DNA of 63,012 nucleotides, the filler included, from Candidatus Nanoarchaeia archaeon (GTDB taxonomy: Archaea; Nanobdellota; Nanobdellia; Woesearchaeales; DATDTY01): assembly GCA_035290625.1 (NCBI GenBank). It is 6 parts of 6 records of this genome, joined end to end, with 100 filler letters (N's around TTAATTAATTAA, not from the genome) between each part and the next. Parts side by side here need not be neighbours in the genome. Positions count along the whole stretch, not along the records: positions 18,149 to 22,493 come from DATDTY010000004.1; positions 22,594 to 32,340 come from DATDTY010000005.1; 4 more parts are not named here. The stretch is one strand, 5' to 3'. This document shows, in pieces, positions 18,398 through 30,500 of the stretch (position 1 is its first letter; the number at the start of each line of letters is the position of its first letter). A program made the translations under genes and the position numbers. Under the pieces are notes generated by a model. That model was not told the origin of the DNA and did no database searches. It was given only the letters and a program-made list of their open reading frames with translations.

Positions 18398-19672
18398 CTA
18401 CATGATTGCTGTTGCTATGTACTCTGCGCTTTCCGGAAAAAGAGTTACCAAGCCGAGCAGCAATGAAGCGACGATGATGATGCCAATAAATGCCCAGGCG
18501 GCAATGTTCAGCCAGGCTGGATTCACATGCTGGCCCATCAGGCTCCTGTTGTTTACGAGGAGGAGCATCGCAACAAGCACCAGCGGCAGCAGAACGCCAT
18601 TCACAGCCTGAGAGATAACCATGAGTTGTATCAAGTGAATATTAGGGATCAGGACGAATGCTGCTCCAATCAGTATCATTATCGTGAAAAAGCTGTAGAA
18701 GAAAGGGGCATCGCGGATCTTTTTATTGAGCCCGGACTCCCAACCAAATGCCTCGCAGACATAGTAGGTTGTTGAGAGGGGAAGGACGACGGCGGCAAAC
18801 ATTGCTGCATTGAAAAGGCCAAAGGCGAAGAGCCAGGCAGCATACTGGCCTGCAATTGGTGCAAGGCTCAAAGCAACATCAGATGCTGTCTCAACAGGGA
18901 TACCCGCCTTAAATAATGTTGCTGCACACACGACAACAATAAAAAAAGCAGTAATATCTGTGATTATGGAGCCGATGATCACATCCCAGCGGGAATAGCG
19001 GTACTTCCGCATATCAATTCCCTTTTCAACGATGGAGCTTTGCAGGTAGAACTGCATCCATGGAGCTATTGTTGTTCCAACCAGGGCAATGAACATCAGG
19101 AGATAAGGGGCGGTGATAGTGATTTTTGGAACCACTGCGGCCTTTGCGACTTCAGGCCAGATTGGATGGGCGAGAAACGCAGCGAAGTAGTATACGATAT
19201 AAAAGGTGCATGCAACAAGAAACACCTTCTCGACCTTGTTGTAGTTTCCTTTTGTCACAAGCAGCCAGACTGCCAATGCTGCAAGGGGGACTGAGATAAA
19301 CCTGCTGACACCGACAATCTCTGTGGCAGCAGCAATTCCGGCAAACTCAGCAATTGTGTTCGCGATATTTGTGATGACCAGGCCTGCCATGATGAGGAGC
19401 GTTATCCTCACCCCATAGGTTTCGCGGATAAGCTGGGCAAGACCTCTGCCCGTCACTGCGCCCATCCTTGCAGCCATCTCCTGGATAAAGATAAGCGCTA
19501 TGGTCAGCGGGACCAGCAGCCAGAGGAATCCATATCCGAAGCGCGCTCCTGCAAGGGAATACGTTGTAATCCCTGATGCGTCATTTCCGACATTTGCGGT
19601 GATAATGCCAGGGCCAAGGATAGACAAGAACAGCAGGATAGATTTCCAGCTGATCCTAGACCTGCTCGGCAT
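18398..19672 (-). CDS. Nramp-family divalent metal transporter
   Basis: GPGIITANVGNDASGI, QEMAARMGAVTGRG, GTTIAPW. Confidence 0.92.
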   Translation of the reverse strand: MPSRSRISWKSILLFLSILGPGIITANVGNDASGITTYSLAGARFGYGFLWLLVPLTIALIFIQEMAARMGAVTGRGLAQLIRETYGVRITLLIMAGLVITNIANTIAEFAGIAAATEIVGVSRFISVPLAALAVWLLVTKGNYNKVEKVFLVACTFYIVYYFAAFLAHPIWPEVAKAAVVPKITITAPYLLMFIALVGTTIAPWMQFYLQSSIVEKGIDMRKYRYSRWDVIIGSIITDITAFFIVVVCAATLFKAGIPVETASDVALSLAPIAGQYAAWLFAFGLFNAAMFAAVVLPLSTTYYVCEAFGWESGLNKKIRDAPFFYSFFTIMILIGAAFVLIPNIHLIQLMVISQAVNGVLLPLVLVAMLLLVNNRSLMGQHVNPAWLNIAAWAFIGIIIVASLLLGLVTLFPESAEYIATAIM

Positions 19673-20948
19673 CCTGCTTGGCTGGGACATAGACACGCTC
19701 CTTGAGGAGATCTTCAACATTGATAACTCCAATGATGCGGTGCTTCCTGTCAACGACAGGAATAGAGGTGAGATCATACTTTGCCATCATGCTGTACACC
19801 ACGTTCTTGTGGGCTGATTTCCTGACGTAGACCAGCTTCTTTTTGAGGAGTTTCGAAGCAGGATCGCCTGAAGGGCTTATGAGGAGGTTTCTCAGCGAAA
19901 TGGTTCCGACCAGGGTTAAGTCGTGCTTCACCACATAGACTGCATGCAGCACTCGCGGCGGGTCGCTTGCCTGAATCTTCCGGATTATCTCCCGGGCTGA
20001 GTCCTGCGGCAAAACAGTAATAAATTTCCTTGTCATAAAGCGGCCTGCACTCTCCTTATTGCAGGACATCAGCAGCTGGAAGTGCCTTGCCTCTGCAGGG
20101 CCCATCAGGACCAGCAGCTCCCGGCGTTTTGCCTCAGGCAGGCTCAGCAGGATATCAGCAACATTGCCTTCGTACATGAGGGTGAAGATGTGCACCAGCC
20201 GCCTTTGGGGAATCTCCGAAACCAGCGACATCCTCACTTCAGCATCAGCTTCATCAAGGATTCTGGATGCATAGCGGTTACTCAGGTTCCTGAACAGGCT
20301 CAGCCGCTGCTCTCTTGCCAATTTCTCAAGGAGATCTGCAAAATCAGCAGGATGGATATCGCCGAGCCGCGATTCTGATATCTTGAGCTTGATGTCGCGG
20401 AATTTGCCTTCCAGCGGCTCCACGTATGCCCACGGAACAAGATTTTCCTTCATGCTCCAGCCGTCGGTGTTCAGGCCTATCCGCCTGAGCAGACCCTTCA
20501 GCCCAATGCTGATGCTCGCCAGAAAGAGGGTGTTGTGGATCGGAATAAATGCAACATCATTTGCGCGGATAATCTTGATCCCATTCGTATCCACAAGCTG
20601 CTGGTCCAGAATCTTATCGCCAACAAACACGCAGTTCCTTGGCAGTTGGGACAGAGGGAGCGGGGCATGGACAACAAGCCTTTGGGGGAATTCTCCGAGG
20701 TCAAATCCCTCCCACGAGAGCGTCCTCCTCCGCAGAAACCACTTTTTGACAATAACTGCAACAGCTTTTGGAAAGCCGCCAACGGGATCGATGGCAATGT
20801 CCTTTATCCTTCCTAAATGCCTGGCCCGCTCGTCAAAGACCCTGGTTCCCAGAATGCTGCTGAGGTAGAGGACGTGGCTCGCTTTCTCTGTGTCCTCGAT
20901 ATCCTCAAGCATCCTCCTGATCTGCCTGACATGATCTTTTCCTGCCAT
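19656..20948 (-). CDS. MgtE N-terminal/CBS-domain protein with PRC barrels
   Basis: HPADFADLLE, SAGRFMT, tandem CBS motifs; no membrane domain; overlaps the Nramp start. Confidence 0.88.
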   Translation of the reverse strand: MAGKDHVRQIRRMLEDIEDTEKASHVLYLSSILGTRVFDERARHLGRIKDIAIDPVGGFPKAVAVIVKKWFLRRRTLSWEGFDLGEFPQRLVVHAPLPLSQLPRNCVFVGDKILDQQLVDTNGIKIIRANDVAFIPIHNTLFLASISIGLKGLLRRIGLNTDGWSMKENLVPWAYVEPLEGKFRDIKLKISESRLGDIHPADFADLLEKLAREQRLSLFRNLSNRYASRILDEADAEVRMSLVSEIPQRRLVHIFTLMYEGNVADILLSLPEAKRRELLVLMGPAEARHFQLLMSCNKESAGRFMTRKFITVLPQDSAREIIRKIQASDPPRVLHAVYVVKHDLTLVGTISLRNLLISPSGDPASKLLKKKLVYVRKSAHKNVVYSMMAKYDLTSIPVVDRKHRIIGVINVEDLLKERVYVPAKQDAEQV

Positions 20949-20949
20949 G

Positions 20950-21801
20950 CTATCCTACAATTGCATAAAATGCATCAAACAAGGAAGAGTCTGTGGTAAT
21001 AGAATGGAAGCGGTATCCGAGCTTTGTGCATATATCATCAATCATTGCCGTATGGTGATCCATCATCTCCTGGTAATTTGCCTTCAGGCGCTGGCTCACA
21101 AAGGTGACAAGCTGATCATTGGTCTCGCTGTCTCTCAGCCGGAAGTCGCCGCGAAGGTTGAGATTGCGCTCAACCGGATCCAGGACCTGGATTACCCTGA
21201 CTTCATTGTCGCCAAGAAGCCGGATGCCGCTTCTGATCTCCTCAATGCTATAGAGAAAGTCAGATACAAGAATCAGCATGCTCTTGCTTCGGATGACTTT
21301 CCTGTATTTGGTGAGCATATCGAGGAAATTGGATTTTCCCTTCGGCTTGCGTGAATTGAGGTATTCGACCATCGCAGCAAGCTGGCCCATGCCCCTGCGC
21401 GGCTGGTAGATGCTGATGTCGTCAGCAAATGTGGAGAACTGAAATTTCTCATTGTCCTTGAGGGCCAGGTAGGCAAATCCGACTCCCAGCATCGAAGCGT
21501 AATCAAACTTTGACCTTGGCTTGCCGTAATCCATGCTCCCTGAGCCGTCAACAATAATATGGACTGCAAGATTCCTCTCCTCTTCGTAATTTTTCACATA
21601 GAGGTCATCAGTCCTTGCATACACCCTCCAGTCAATGGCGCGGAAATCGTCTCCTGGCGCGTAGATCCTATGGTCCTTGAAGATAATGCCTTTGCCCATC
21701 GCGATGGATTTTCTTGGCCCCGCATACTGGGAAGTGACGCGCTTGCTGACAATGAGATGGAATTTTGTCAGCTGGTCAAGGAACTCTGTCGAGATCATCA
21801 C
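20950..21801 (-). CDS. DUF58 (vWA-like) MoxR-associated protein
   Basis: YAPGDDFRAIDW, DGSGSM, SDFL. Confidence 0.92.
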   Translation of the reverse strand: MMISTEFLDQLTKFHLIVSKRVTSQYAGPRKSIAMGKGIIFKDHRIYAPGDDFRAIDWRVYARTDDLYVKNYEEERNLAVHIIVDGSGSMDYGKPRSKFDYASMLGVGFAYLALKDNEKFQFSTFADDISIYQPRRGMGQLAAMVEYLNSRKPKGKSNFLDMLTKYRKVIRSKSMLILVSDFLYSIEEIRSGIRLLGDNEVRVIQVLDPVERNLNLRGDFRLRDSETNDQLVTFVSQRLKANYQEMMDHHTAMIDDICTKLGYRFHSITTDSSLFDAFYAIVG

Positions 21802-22493
21802 TTCACCTTGCTCGCCAGCTCCTTTATTGCGTCGTCAACTGTGATGCCCTTGCGCTCTGCCTCGAAGTTGAGGATGATGCGATGGCGGAGAACCGGCAGG
21901 GCCATCTCGTTGATATCCTCGTTGCTCACATGGTTCCTCCCCTTGATCAGGGCGCTGGCCTTTGCAGCCAGGATAATGCCGATGGAAGCACGCGGAGAGG
22001 CCCCATACTGGATCAGCTGCTTGTTCTGCCTAGTAGCCAGGATCATCTTGACTGCCCTTCTCTTGATATCACTTGCGATGGGGACCTGCCGCGTCATCTG
22101 CTGCAGGCCGATCAGGTTATTCTTATTGAGGAGGACCCGAAGCTTCCTTTCCCTGAGTTCACCTGCATAGCGGTCAACAATCTGCTCTTCCTGGTCATAG
22201 GTTGGATACTCCACTTTTATTTTGAACAAGAACCGGTCTGCCTGGGCTTCAGGAAGCGGATAGGTTCCTTCCTGCTCAATGGGATTCTGGGTCGCAAGCA
22301 CGAAAAAGGGGAGGTCGAGCTTAAAGGTGGAATTTCCAACAGTAACCTGCTTCTCCTGCATTGCCTCAAGCATGGCTGACTGCGTCTTGGGGGTTGCCCG
22401 ATTGATCTCGTCTGCGAGCACAATATTGGCAAAGATAGGGCCAGGCTGGAACTTGAACTGCCTTTTTCCCCGGTCTTCCTCGATAATATACGT
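21798..22493 (-). CDS. moxR: MoxR-family AAA+ ATPase (5' partial)
   Basis: LADEINRATPKTQSAMLEAMQE, ATQNPIEQEGTYPLPEAQ, GASPRAS. Confidence 0.95.
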   Translation of the reverse strand, partial: TYIIEEDRGKRQFKFQPGPIFANIVLADEINRATPKTQSAMLEAMQEKQVTVGNSTFKLDLPFFVLATQNPIEQEGTYPLPEAQADRFLFKIKVEYPTYDQEEQIVDRYAGELRERKLRVLLNKNNLIGLQQMTRQVPIASDIKRRAVKMILATRQNKQLIQYGASPRASIGIILAAKASALIKGRNHVSNEDINEMALPVLRHRIILNFEAERKGITVDDAIKELASKVK

Positions 22494-22593
22494 NNNNNNN
22501 NNNNNNNNNNNNNNNNNNNNNNNNNNNNNNNNNNNNNTTAATTAATTAANNNNNNNNNNNNNNNNNNNNNNNNNNNNNNNNNNNNNNNNNNNN

Positions 22594-23299
22594 AGAGCAT
22601 GGATTTACCTCGCTTGGAGATCTCTTTTATGTTTCAGCCCAAGGCCTTGCACTGAGCAACCTCTTCTGTTTATCATGCCAGGGCTATGATCCAAGCCCTG
22701 GAACAGCTCCGTATGAAGCAAATACCACTACTCCGGCCTTTAATCTCACTACAGGTATCCCAGCAAGCTGTGCAATTGCAGATGTTAACATCAACTACAC
22801 TGCCATGACAGAGCCAGCCTTCGGCGGGACTGCATTAAGAAACTGCACAGGAAGCACAGACCATACCTGCTCCCTGCTGGCTTCAGATGCCTTGCTTATC
22901 AATGAGACCGATTACCTTTACATATCCTGCCAAGCAGGAAACCAGACAGGCTCTTCAGGAGCGCTCCAGATGAGCCTCAGCTCCTCAAACCTTGATGCCA
23001 TTGGTGATGCTGCAATCCAGGCAGGCATTGATGTAAGTGTGATATCCGGAGCTGCAGTCTATGAATCCCAACAGATATATCTTCTCCGGGCAGACAACAC
23101 TCAAATCCTGGCAACCTGGGACAAGGTGGCTGCTGACGGCAGCCAGAGATGGCTCTTCAATTATCTCAGCTCTGCAGAGTCTTTCATCAGCAACTTGTTT
23201 AACCTTACACCAGCTGTGTATGCAGCTGAGTTCCAAGGACAGACATTTGCTGCTGTGAATACAAGTGTAAAGACAACGATTGACGTAACGAATCAATAA
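22594..23299 (+). CDS. C-terminal part of a secreted/surface hypothetical protein (5' partial)
   Basis: Frame open from the gap; Thr/Ser/Asn-rich with N-x-T/S sites and Cys pairs. Confidence 0.65.
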
Positions 23300-23449
23300 T
23301 CCTTTTTATTTTGAGCATAAATACTTTCTACTGGGCAACGTCTACACTCTTTGACAACCCTATTAGGTAACAGATCCAGAGTACAACATTGACCAATCCT
23401 CCTTCTATTTTCCGTAAGGTTTTATAAACACATCCAGTTTCCACAGCCT

Positions 23450-23905
23450 ATGCCCTTCAAGGTGATTGCAATAACCGGAACTCCAGGGACAGGAAAGACG
23501 ACCCTTGCCAACAAGCTCAAAAGCCAAGGCTACCTCCTGCTCGATGTTCCCTCGCTCATCAAAAACTTCAAGCTTGCGGCAGGCTATGACCGAAAGCGCA
23601 GGTGCTCTATCATTAACATTGAAGGCTTTGTAAAGGCAATCGGCATGAGCATCAGGCAGATCAAGCGTATCAAAAAGGATATAAAAGGAATTGTTATTGA
23701 CTCACATCTCTCCCATCATCTCCCAAAAAAACTTGTCAGCCAGTGCATCGTCATGCGTTGCAGCCTAAAAACGCTGGTGAGAAGGCTTCAAAAAAAGGGA
23801 TATTCCAAAAGAAAAATAAGGGAAAACCTTGAAGCAGAGATCTTTGAGGTATGCCTCCAGGAAGCCCGGGAAAGAGGGCACGCCATAAAGGTGATCACTT
23901 CATGA
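23450..23905 (+). CDS. Adenylate kinase AK6/Fap7 family
   Basis: ITGTPGTGKTT, IDSHLSH, GYSKRKIRENLEAEI. Confidence 0.9.
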   Translation: MPFKVIAITGTPGTGKTTLANKLKSQGYLLLDVPSLIKNFKLAAGYDRKRRCSIINIEGFVKAIGMSIRQIKRIKKDIKGIVIDSHLSHHLPKKLVSQCIVMRCSLKTLVRRLQKKGYSKRKIRENLEAEIFEVCLQEARERGHAIKVITS

Positions 23906-24603
23906 AAGCTGTGATCTTAGCAGCCGGAAGGGGAACCCGCATGAGGGGAGTTTTTGGAGACCTTCCAAAGGCGCTCATCCCGCTTAACAATGTGCCGTTT
24001 CTCAAATACCTCTTCAATAACCTCCATGCAGCAGGCATCACTGATATCGGTATTATCGTAAACTACCAAAAAGAAAAGATTGCAGAATTCCTGGCCTCAG
24101 CCAAAATACCGGCTACCCTCATTCGTCAGCCGGGCACTAAGGGCACAGGAGCGGCAGTTGCCTCAGCAGAGGAATTTGTTGGCCGCAGGCCATTCCTGGT
24201 TGTGAGCGGAGACAATCTGTATTCCGGAAGAGACCTAAAAAGAATCTCATCATTCCGCAATGCAGTTGGCGTTGTGCAGCATGAGGAGCCGCAGCACTTC
24301 GGCGTCATCAAAGAGCAAAGGGGAACTCTTAAGGAAATCGTTGAAAAGCCTCAGAAATTTATCGGAAATAAGATCAACACAGGATTATATTCCATGACAG
24401 AAAAAATATTTCCTTATCTCAAAAGGCTCGCTCCATCGCCAAGAGGCGAAATTGAGCTGACAGACGCAATCAACCAGCTCGCGAAGAAAACTGAGGTCGC
24501 AGTGGTTGAGCTCAAGGATTACTTCATTGATATCGGGAATCCTGAGCAGGTAAAATTCGCAGAAGCCTTCATCCGAAGGCTGCAGGAAGAAAAATGCTTG
24601 TAG
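23902..24603 (+). CDS. Sugar-phosphate nucleotidyltransferase (GlmU/RmlA-like)
   Basis: LAAGRGTRM..LPKAL, EKP, SPRGEIELTDAI. Confidence 0.92.
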   Translation: MKAVILAAGRGTRMRGVFGDLPKALIPLNNVPFLKYLFNNLHAAGITDIGIIVNYQKEKIAEFLASAKIPATLIRQPGTKGTGAAVASAEEFVGRRPFLVVSGDNLYSGRDLKRISSFRNAVGVVQHEEPQHFGVIKEQRGTLKEIVEKPQKFIGNKINTGLYSMTEKIFPYLKRLAPSPRGEIELTDAINQLAKKTEVAVVELKDYFIDIGNPEQVKFAEAFIRRLQEEKCL

Positions 24604-26039
24604 AATCTTTTTCCGGAGTGCGCGGGCTGTACAAGGAAGATCTCTCCAAAGAGGTCATCCGAAGCTATGCATCTGCATATGCCAGATTCTTGGCTAGACA
24701 CCGCAAATCACCGCAGGTTGTCATAGGGATGGATACACGCCCCTCCTCTGGCGCCATCCACAGCCAGATGAAATCTGCCCTTCTGGCATCAGGCATTGGC
24801 GTCATCGATGCAGGTTTCAATACAACTCCGGCGATCCAGCATGGCGTGAGAATCTGTAAAGCAGACGGAGGCATCATTATAAGCGCCTCCCACAATGAGC
24901 CGGAATGGAATGGATGGAAACTCCTTTCGCCGACAGGCGCAATCCTTCCCAAAAAAGATATGGATCAGATTATCCGGATGCGGCGCAATCCTCTCCAGGG
25001 CAGTGCAGAGGCAAAGCAAGGCTCAAGTGTTGATAAGTCCAAGGAGCTGCGTGACGACTACATAACCTTTCTGCTCAATACGATTGGCCAGGACGCAGTC
25101 GATAGGATCAGAAAAGCAGGCTCAAAACTGGTCCTTGACCCGAACGGCGGCGCAGCAACCGTCCTTTTGCGCGACCTCTTTTCCAAAATCGGCATCCAAC
25201 CCGTGTACAAGAATATGGATTTAGGCGTCTTCAATCGGCTCATCGAGCCCAACGCGCTCTCCCTCGCCTATCTTACCTTTTATGTCGAAGATCTCAATGC
25301 AGACCTTGGCGCAGGATGGGACTGTGACGGAGACCGGGTAGAGATCGTTCTGCCGAACAGCTCAGCATTCACGCAGCAGCACGGAAAGATCATCTCAGGC
25401 CAATACATCCTTGCCATTATTGTCGATGATTTCCTTTCAGATTACAAGGGATCCCGTAAGATTGTCGTAGTCAATGATGCTACCTCCGGCCTGATTGCGG
25501 AGATCGCTGAAAAGTATGGGGCCACGATTGTTGAGACAGAAGTTGGAGAAACAAATATTGTGGAAAAGATGGATGAACTGGGCGCCCCTCTAGGGGGGGA
25601 AGGCTCCAGCTCAGGACCTATTGTCCCTCCGTCCCGCTGCAGAGACGGCCTCCTCGCTCTCCTCTTAATATTGAAAATCATAGCCAAAAGGAAGAAGCCT
25701 CTCGGTGAAATCCTGGGGGAGCTTCCCTCATATACAACCTCAAGGCTCAACATTGCCTGCGCTGCCGATCCCGTAAAGCTGCGAAAAAAGCTGGAGGGGT
25801 ATTGGAAGGCCCAGGAGCACATCCAGGAAATCCGAAAGACCGGAGACGAAACAGGGGGCTTGAAGATTATCCGCAAGCCCACCAAGGAGGGCCCGGGCTG
25901 GATCTGGTACAGGCAATCGAAGACTGAAGGGAATGTTTTCAGGATTATCACCGATGCAAAATCAAAGCTCTATGCTGACAAGCTCCTCGCAATGGGGGAG
26001 AAGGCATTTAACGATTGTTTGGCAGAGATGAAGAAATAA
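24594..26039 (+). CDS. Phosphomannomutase/phosphoglucosamine mutase
   Basis: SASHN, DCDGDR, GGEGS. Confidence 0.92.
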   Translation: MLVESFSGVRGLYKEDLSKEVIRSYASAYARFLARHRKSPQVVIGMDTRPSSGAIHSQMKSALLASGIGVIDAGFNTTPAIQHGVRICKADGGIIISASHNEPEWNGWKLLSPTGAILPKKDMDQIIRMRRNPLQGSAEAKQGSSVDKSKELRDDYITFLLNTIGQDAVDRIRKAGSKLVLDPNGGAATVLLRDLFSKIGIQPVYKNMDLGVFNRLIEPNALSLAYLTFYVEDLNADLGAGWDCDGDRVEIVLPNSSAFTQQHGKIISGQYILAIIVDDFLSDYKGSRKIVVVNDATSGLIAEIAEKYGATIVETEVGETNIVEKMDELGAPLGGEGSSSGPIVPPSRCRDGLLALLLILKIIAKRKKPLGEILGELPSYTTSRLNIACAADPVKLRKKLEGYWKAQEHIQEIRKTGDETGGLKIIRKPTKEGPGWIWYRQSKTEGNVFRIITDAKSKLYADKLLAMGEKAFNDCLAEMKK

Positions 26040-26265
26040 TTTTAAAGCTTCCTTGCTTTGTGTTTAGTTCTATTAACCATCCATTCAGATTCAGCTGGAA
26101 TAATCCAGATTTCAAATATAGTGGGCTGACCAAAATATCTGAGCATAATCTGCCAGCCGCTATAGCAATATAGTCTATGCCTTTTAAGGTTTATCCGAAC
26201 GCAATGCAGCATCCAAAACCATAAGCTTTATATACAACTTAAGTTGTACATATATACAACTAAAT

Positions 26266-26763
26266 ATGTTACCTAAAAACAGTATAGCTCTGGAAAAAGA
26301 ATACAAAAGATGCCAAAAGAGTTTTATTACTATAGGTAAAGAATCTTATAAAGACTATCTTGAAGAGGCGTATTCTGATCTGGATTCAGCAGATAAGGAA
26401 GAGAACGATAAATGGGCAATAGCCAAAGCTTACCAGGCATTATTCCTATATTGCAACGGCTTATTGGTAAGAAAGGCTGGTTTTTATTCAAAAGACCATG
26501 GGTGCGTAATCATTGGTCTGCTCAAAAACAATATAGTGCCGAAAGAAACACGGGAAAAGATCCATAACCTGCTTGAGGAGAAAAAGAAAGCCCTTACTGA
26601 AATAGAATTAAAAGACGGCTTCTTTGAAGAAATGAGTAAAATAAGGATTACAAGAAATAGATACCTCTATTTGCCAAAGACGCAAAGGAAATTAAAAGAA
26701 TCTCCGAAAGAAAGGGTGAAAGAAGTCAAGGAAATTATGAGGATTCTGGGTGAGATAGAATGA
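26266..26763 (+). CDS. HEPN-domain protein
   Basis: KAYQALF, YSKDHGC, RNRYLY; AT-rich; paired with MNT. Confidence 0.75.
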   Translation: MLPKNSIALEKEYKRCQKSFITIGKESYKDYLEEAYSDLDSADKEENDKWAIAKAYQALFLYCNGLLVRKAGFYSKDHGCVIIGLLKNNIVPKETREKIHNLLEEKKKALTEIELKDGFFEEMSKIRITRNRYLYLPKTQRKLKESPKERVKEVKEIMRILGEIE

Positions 26764-27365
26764 TAAGAAAGCTTTTGCCTTTGACAGAGAACAAATTAAG
26801 AATCTTGCTGTATATTTATGAAAAAAAGGAAACCCATCTGCAGGAAATATCCAAAAATCTTAAGATACACCCATATTCATTGCAGAAAACAATTAAATCA
26901 CTTAAACTTGTCTTAGAAGAAAGGAAAGCAGGTAAAACCATACTTTTAAGCTTAGACAAGAAACAACCTGATTATCCTGATCTATTATCGACAATAGAAG
27001 ACTATAAACTAAAGACAAAAGATAAGATTTTAAACCTGTTGCTCAGGAATTTGCAGGAACTTTTTTCTAAAGATAAAAATGTATTAAGCTGCTTAGTATT
27101 TGGCAGCTATGCAAGAGAAGCAGTTAAAGAAAGCTCTGATATTGATCTGCTGTTTGTTGTAAAGAGAAAAGATAAAGGATTATTAAAGAAATGTTCCCAC
27201 TTATCCACTTTATTGGGCAAGGAGATAAACCCCCTAGTATTCAATGAAAAGCAGTTTAAAGAGGTTTTAAGAATCAAAGAACCCGCTATAACCTCCCTCT
27301 TAGAGCCCTCTCAAAGACTGATTATACTGGGCAGGGAATATTTTTTAAAGCTTGAAAATATTTGA
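26760..27365 (+). CDS. HTH-MNT nucleotidyltransferase antitoxin
   Basis: N-terminal wHTH; VFGSYARE..SDIDLL. Confidence 0.88.
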   Translation: MIRKLLPLTENKLRILLYIYEKKETHLQEISKNLKIHPYSLQKTIKSLKLVLEERKAGKTILLSLDKKQPDYPDLLSTIEDYKLKTKDKILNLLLRNLQELFSKDKNVLSCLVFGSYAREAVKESSDIDLLFVVKRKDKGLLKKCSHLSTLLGKEINPLVFNEKQFKEVLRIKEPAITSLLEPSQRLIILGREYFLKLENI

Positions 27366-27573
27366 CTAATCAAAAGAGGCAGGGATGAAGTAATGCTCTG
27401 CAGGTTACCTTTCTAAAGTCGTAATAAAAGATTATATACTCCTGTGCTCTTAAGCATGGTTTGGGGGTTAAATTGCTAGAAAAGAGGGGTAGTTGGGCAT
27501 TTCGTGGTTATTATCTATCTCTCGTTCCTTGATCCATAAGTGCATTAAATAGAAAGATACTAGGCAAACTTAT

Positions 27574-30500
27574 ATGAAAAAAAACATACTGCTATTCATC
27601 TTCGGATTAATTTTTTTGATTAGTTCTCAATATACTGCTGCAAGTTGTTACCCTCGGTGTGGAGGAGAAATCTCTTTCAATTGTTGGAATGAATCTCTGA
27701 TGGTGTATGCAAGATACAACATGACCCACCATAGCATGGAGGATACTATAATCTGTCAGAATTTCTCAGAATATTCAGGGAACAGTCCAGCAAGTATACC
27801 TTCAAAACGGGGTTTGTTTGATAGCAACGCAACAAATCCACAGGGATATAGCACTAAATATCATATGAACATCTCTGACTCTTCAAACATTAAAACCATG
27901 ACTGATTTTTCCGTACTCGTTTTAGCTAATGTTACAGCAACTCCAACCCTCACAGATCTATCTATTCTTGCATCAAGCTCGTGTGACTCTAATAGGGGGG
28001 GATGTACTGGAGATAATCTCGGGTGGTATGTTGGGGTTTATTCTAGGGAGGATACAACCAACATGGGGGTTGATTTTCTTTATAATGGAGATACAGTAAC
28101 TCATTACCAAAATGACACAACCACAACTACCACCATAAACAGTTGGAATCTCTGGACATTTATCCATGATAACCTAAACTCAAAGAATTCTATCTACATT
28201 AATAGGACAAAGGAATATGAATTTTCTTCAGTGGGAGATCCTGTGATAAATGACATTCCCTTCGAGATAGGAAACACCAATCAATTTAAAGGAGAGGTAG
28301 CCCCTGGGGGAGATTACACTTTTGATGGACTTATATCTTATGTGATTGTATGGAATGGAACAATCCCTCAAAGTGTTATAAACAGGTTGGTTAACAATAC
28401 TGATTTTACTAATCCTGCAGAATTATTTCTTGTTAGGGAATCCACTGTGCAATCGCCCCATGCCGCGTTCTCTTCCTTCACAAACAACGCATCAACAGTA
28501 TCTCATAATGGTGATTCGGTAGAGTTTACAATAGATATTCAAAATGCAACAGGCTATATACTCAGTTGGAACGATACTGGAGTTTTTGAGAATGATAGTT
28601 TTGTTCCTTTAAACTCCAATGGAACAGTTACAGTCACAAAAAGCATTACAGCAACTAAGGGAGCAGAAATCTATGCGCTCTTCTATGCCAATAATTCTGA
28701 TGGAGTTACAAACCAGTCGGGATTCTCGCAGTTTACTGTTGCAAACGCCCCTCCCCCGCAGGTTACAGGGTGGGTTTTCCCTGAAACTGATTTTGACCAT
28801 GATAATTATAACATCACCTTCAACTGGTCAGATGTTACTGATATAGATGGAGACTCTGTAACTTACCAATTCTATATCAACCTTTCAACATCAGGGCCGG
28901 AGATTGTTTCTGATTCAGTAGACTCAAACTGGACTGCAAACTTCGCAAATGATACTGATTATAAATATATAGCAGGAACATTTGACGGAGAAGGGTATGG
29001 CCTAAACTCAACCCCTAGAATATTTACATTAGATACTACGAACCCCATCATACATTGGAATTATCCGTCAGCAGATAACACAACCATTTCCAACAAAAAC
29101 CTATCCTTGGATATTGAATGCTCTGACGTGAATTTATTTGAGATGGCCGTAGATGTAACGAACAGTTCAGATGATTCAATCTTCTCAACATTCTTGAACA
29201 CAACAACAGAAACAATATTAACAGTAACTGACACAGTCACCTTAACAATTGAAGATACATACAGGGTAAATGTAACTTGTTCTGACCAGCATACAGCCAA
29301 GATTATTCCTGATTATAACACTGAGAAGGATATTGCGAACGATAAATTAAGCTACGATACAGGAGATAATCTTATTAGCATCTCTTTGAAGACATCTGCT
29401 GTCGGCATAGATGATTTCAGTACGACAAAGTTAACAGACAGGTACACATTCAGTTATGATTTCTCATCAACTCTGGAAGATGCAACAAAGAGAACCTTTG
29501 TCTTTGTCTTAGCAGCGCAGCATCCTTTGATCTACCTTCCAAATTCCCAGTATAATTCCCACTTTATATCAAACAGAAACTGGATTGACTTTGATCTCAA
29601 TGATGGAGATGCCATCTATGATATTACAAAGATTAATGACAACCTCTATGAAATAGCCATTACAACCTCAAAAACCAAGCTTGACTTTAATTCAATAGGT
29701 GGGTTGAATATCAAAGAAGAACATGCAAATTATACCTTTGAAACAACACCCCCAGGCTACGTAAATAATGCGGCAAACGGAACAGATCTGACAAAGACAG
29801 GAGAAGATGTGCATTTTAATGTAACGTGGTCTGATTCAAATCCTGGAGAGGTTATCTTCTGCTTTGGTGATGGTGTGGCGTGTACTAACGAATCCCTTGG
29901 AAATTATACTTCCGGACAGAATTTCACGGTTAGCAAGACTATAACTGCCGCCCATAATCAAGTAGTGAGCTGGCAGTTCTTTGCAAATGACACAGCAGGC
30001 AATGTGAATAATACCCCATTAGCTACTTTTACTGTCGCAAATACCATTCCCTCCGCTCCAACCCTGGTAGAATATGTATCTCCTGTGACTGCATTTTCTG
30101 ATTCATTGTTAGTCTGTAATGCTTCTGGCTCAACAGATGCAGACAACGAAACCATCACCTTCAATTATGAATTTAGGGATACTGGCGACTCCGCAATATT
30201 GCAAAATTTCTCAAATCTAAGCACATTTGATTGCGCAACTCCAGGATGCGATAAAGGAGATACAATATCCTGTCATGCAAAAGCTTCTGATGGTTTTGAT
30301 TTTAGTGCAGAAGGCCCTGTTGCAAATATCACAATACAGAATGCAATACCTAACCAAACCTTTCCACTCTTAAATTCCTCATCTGGAACAAACTTCACGA
30401 ATGAGAATCTGACCTGCCATAATCAATCAACATTTGATGCAGATAATGATAATGTGGCAAATATCTATGCATGGTATAAGAATAATCTTCCTTTGAATGA

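Noticed and set aside
19656..19777. Programmed frameshift fusing the CBS protein to Nramp
   Set aside because: An ATG at 19672 gives an ordinary 17-bp overlap, and no slippery site is evident.
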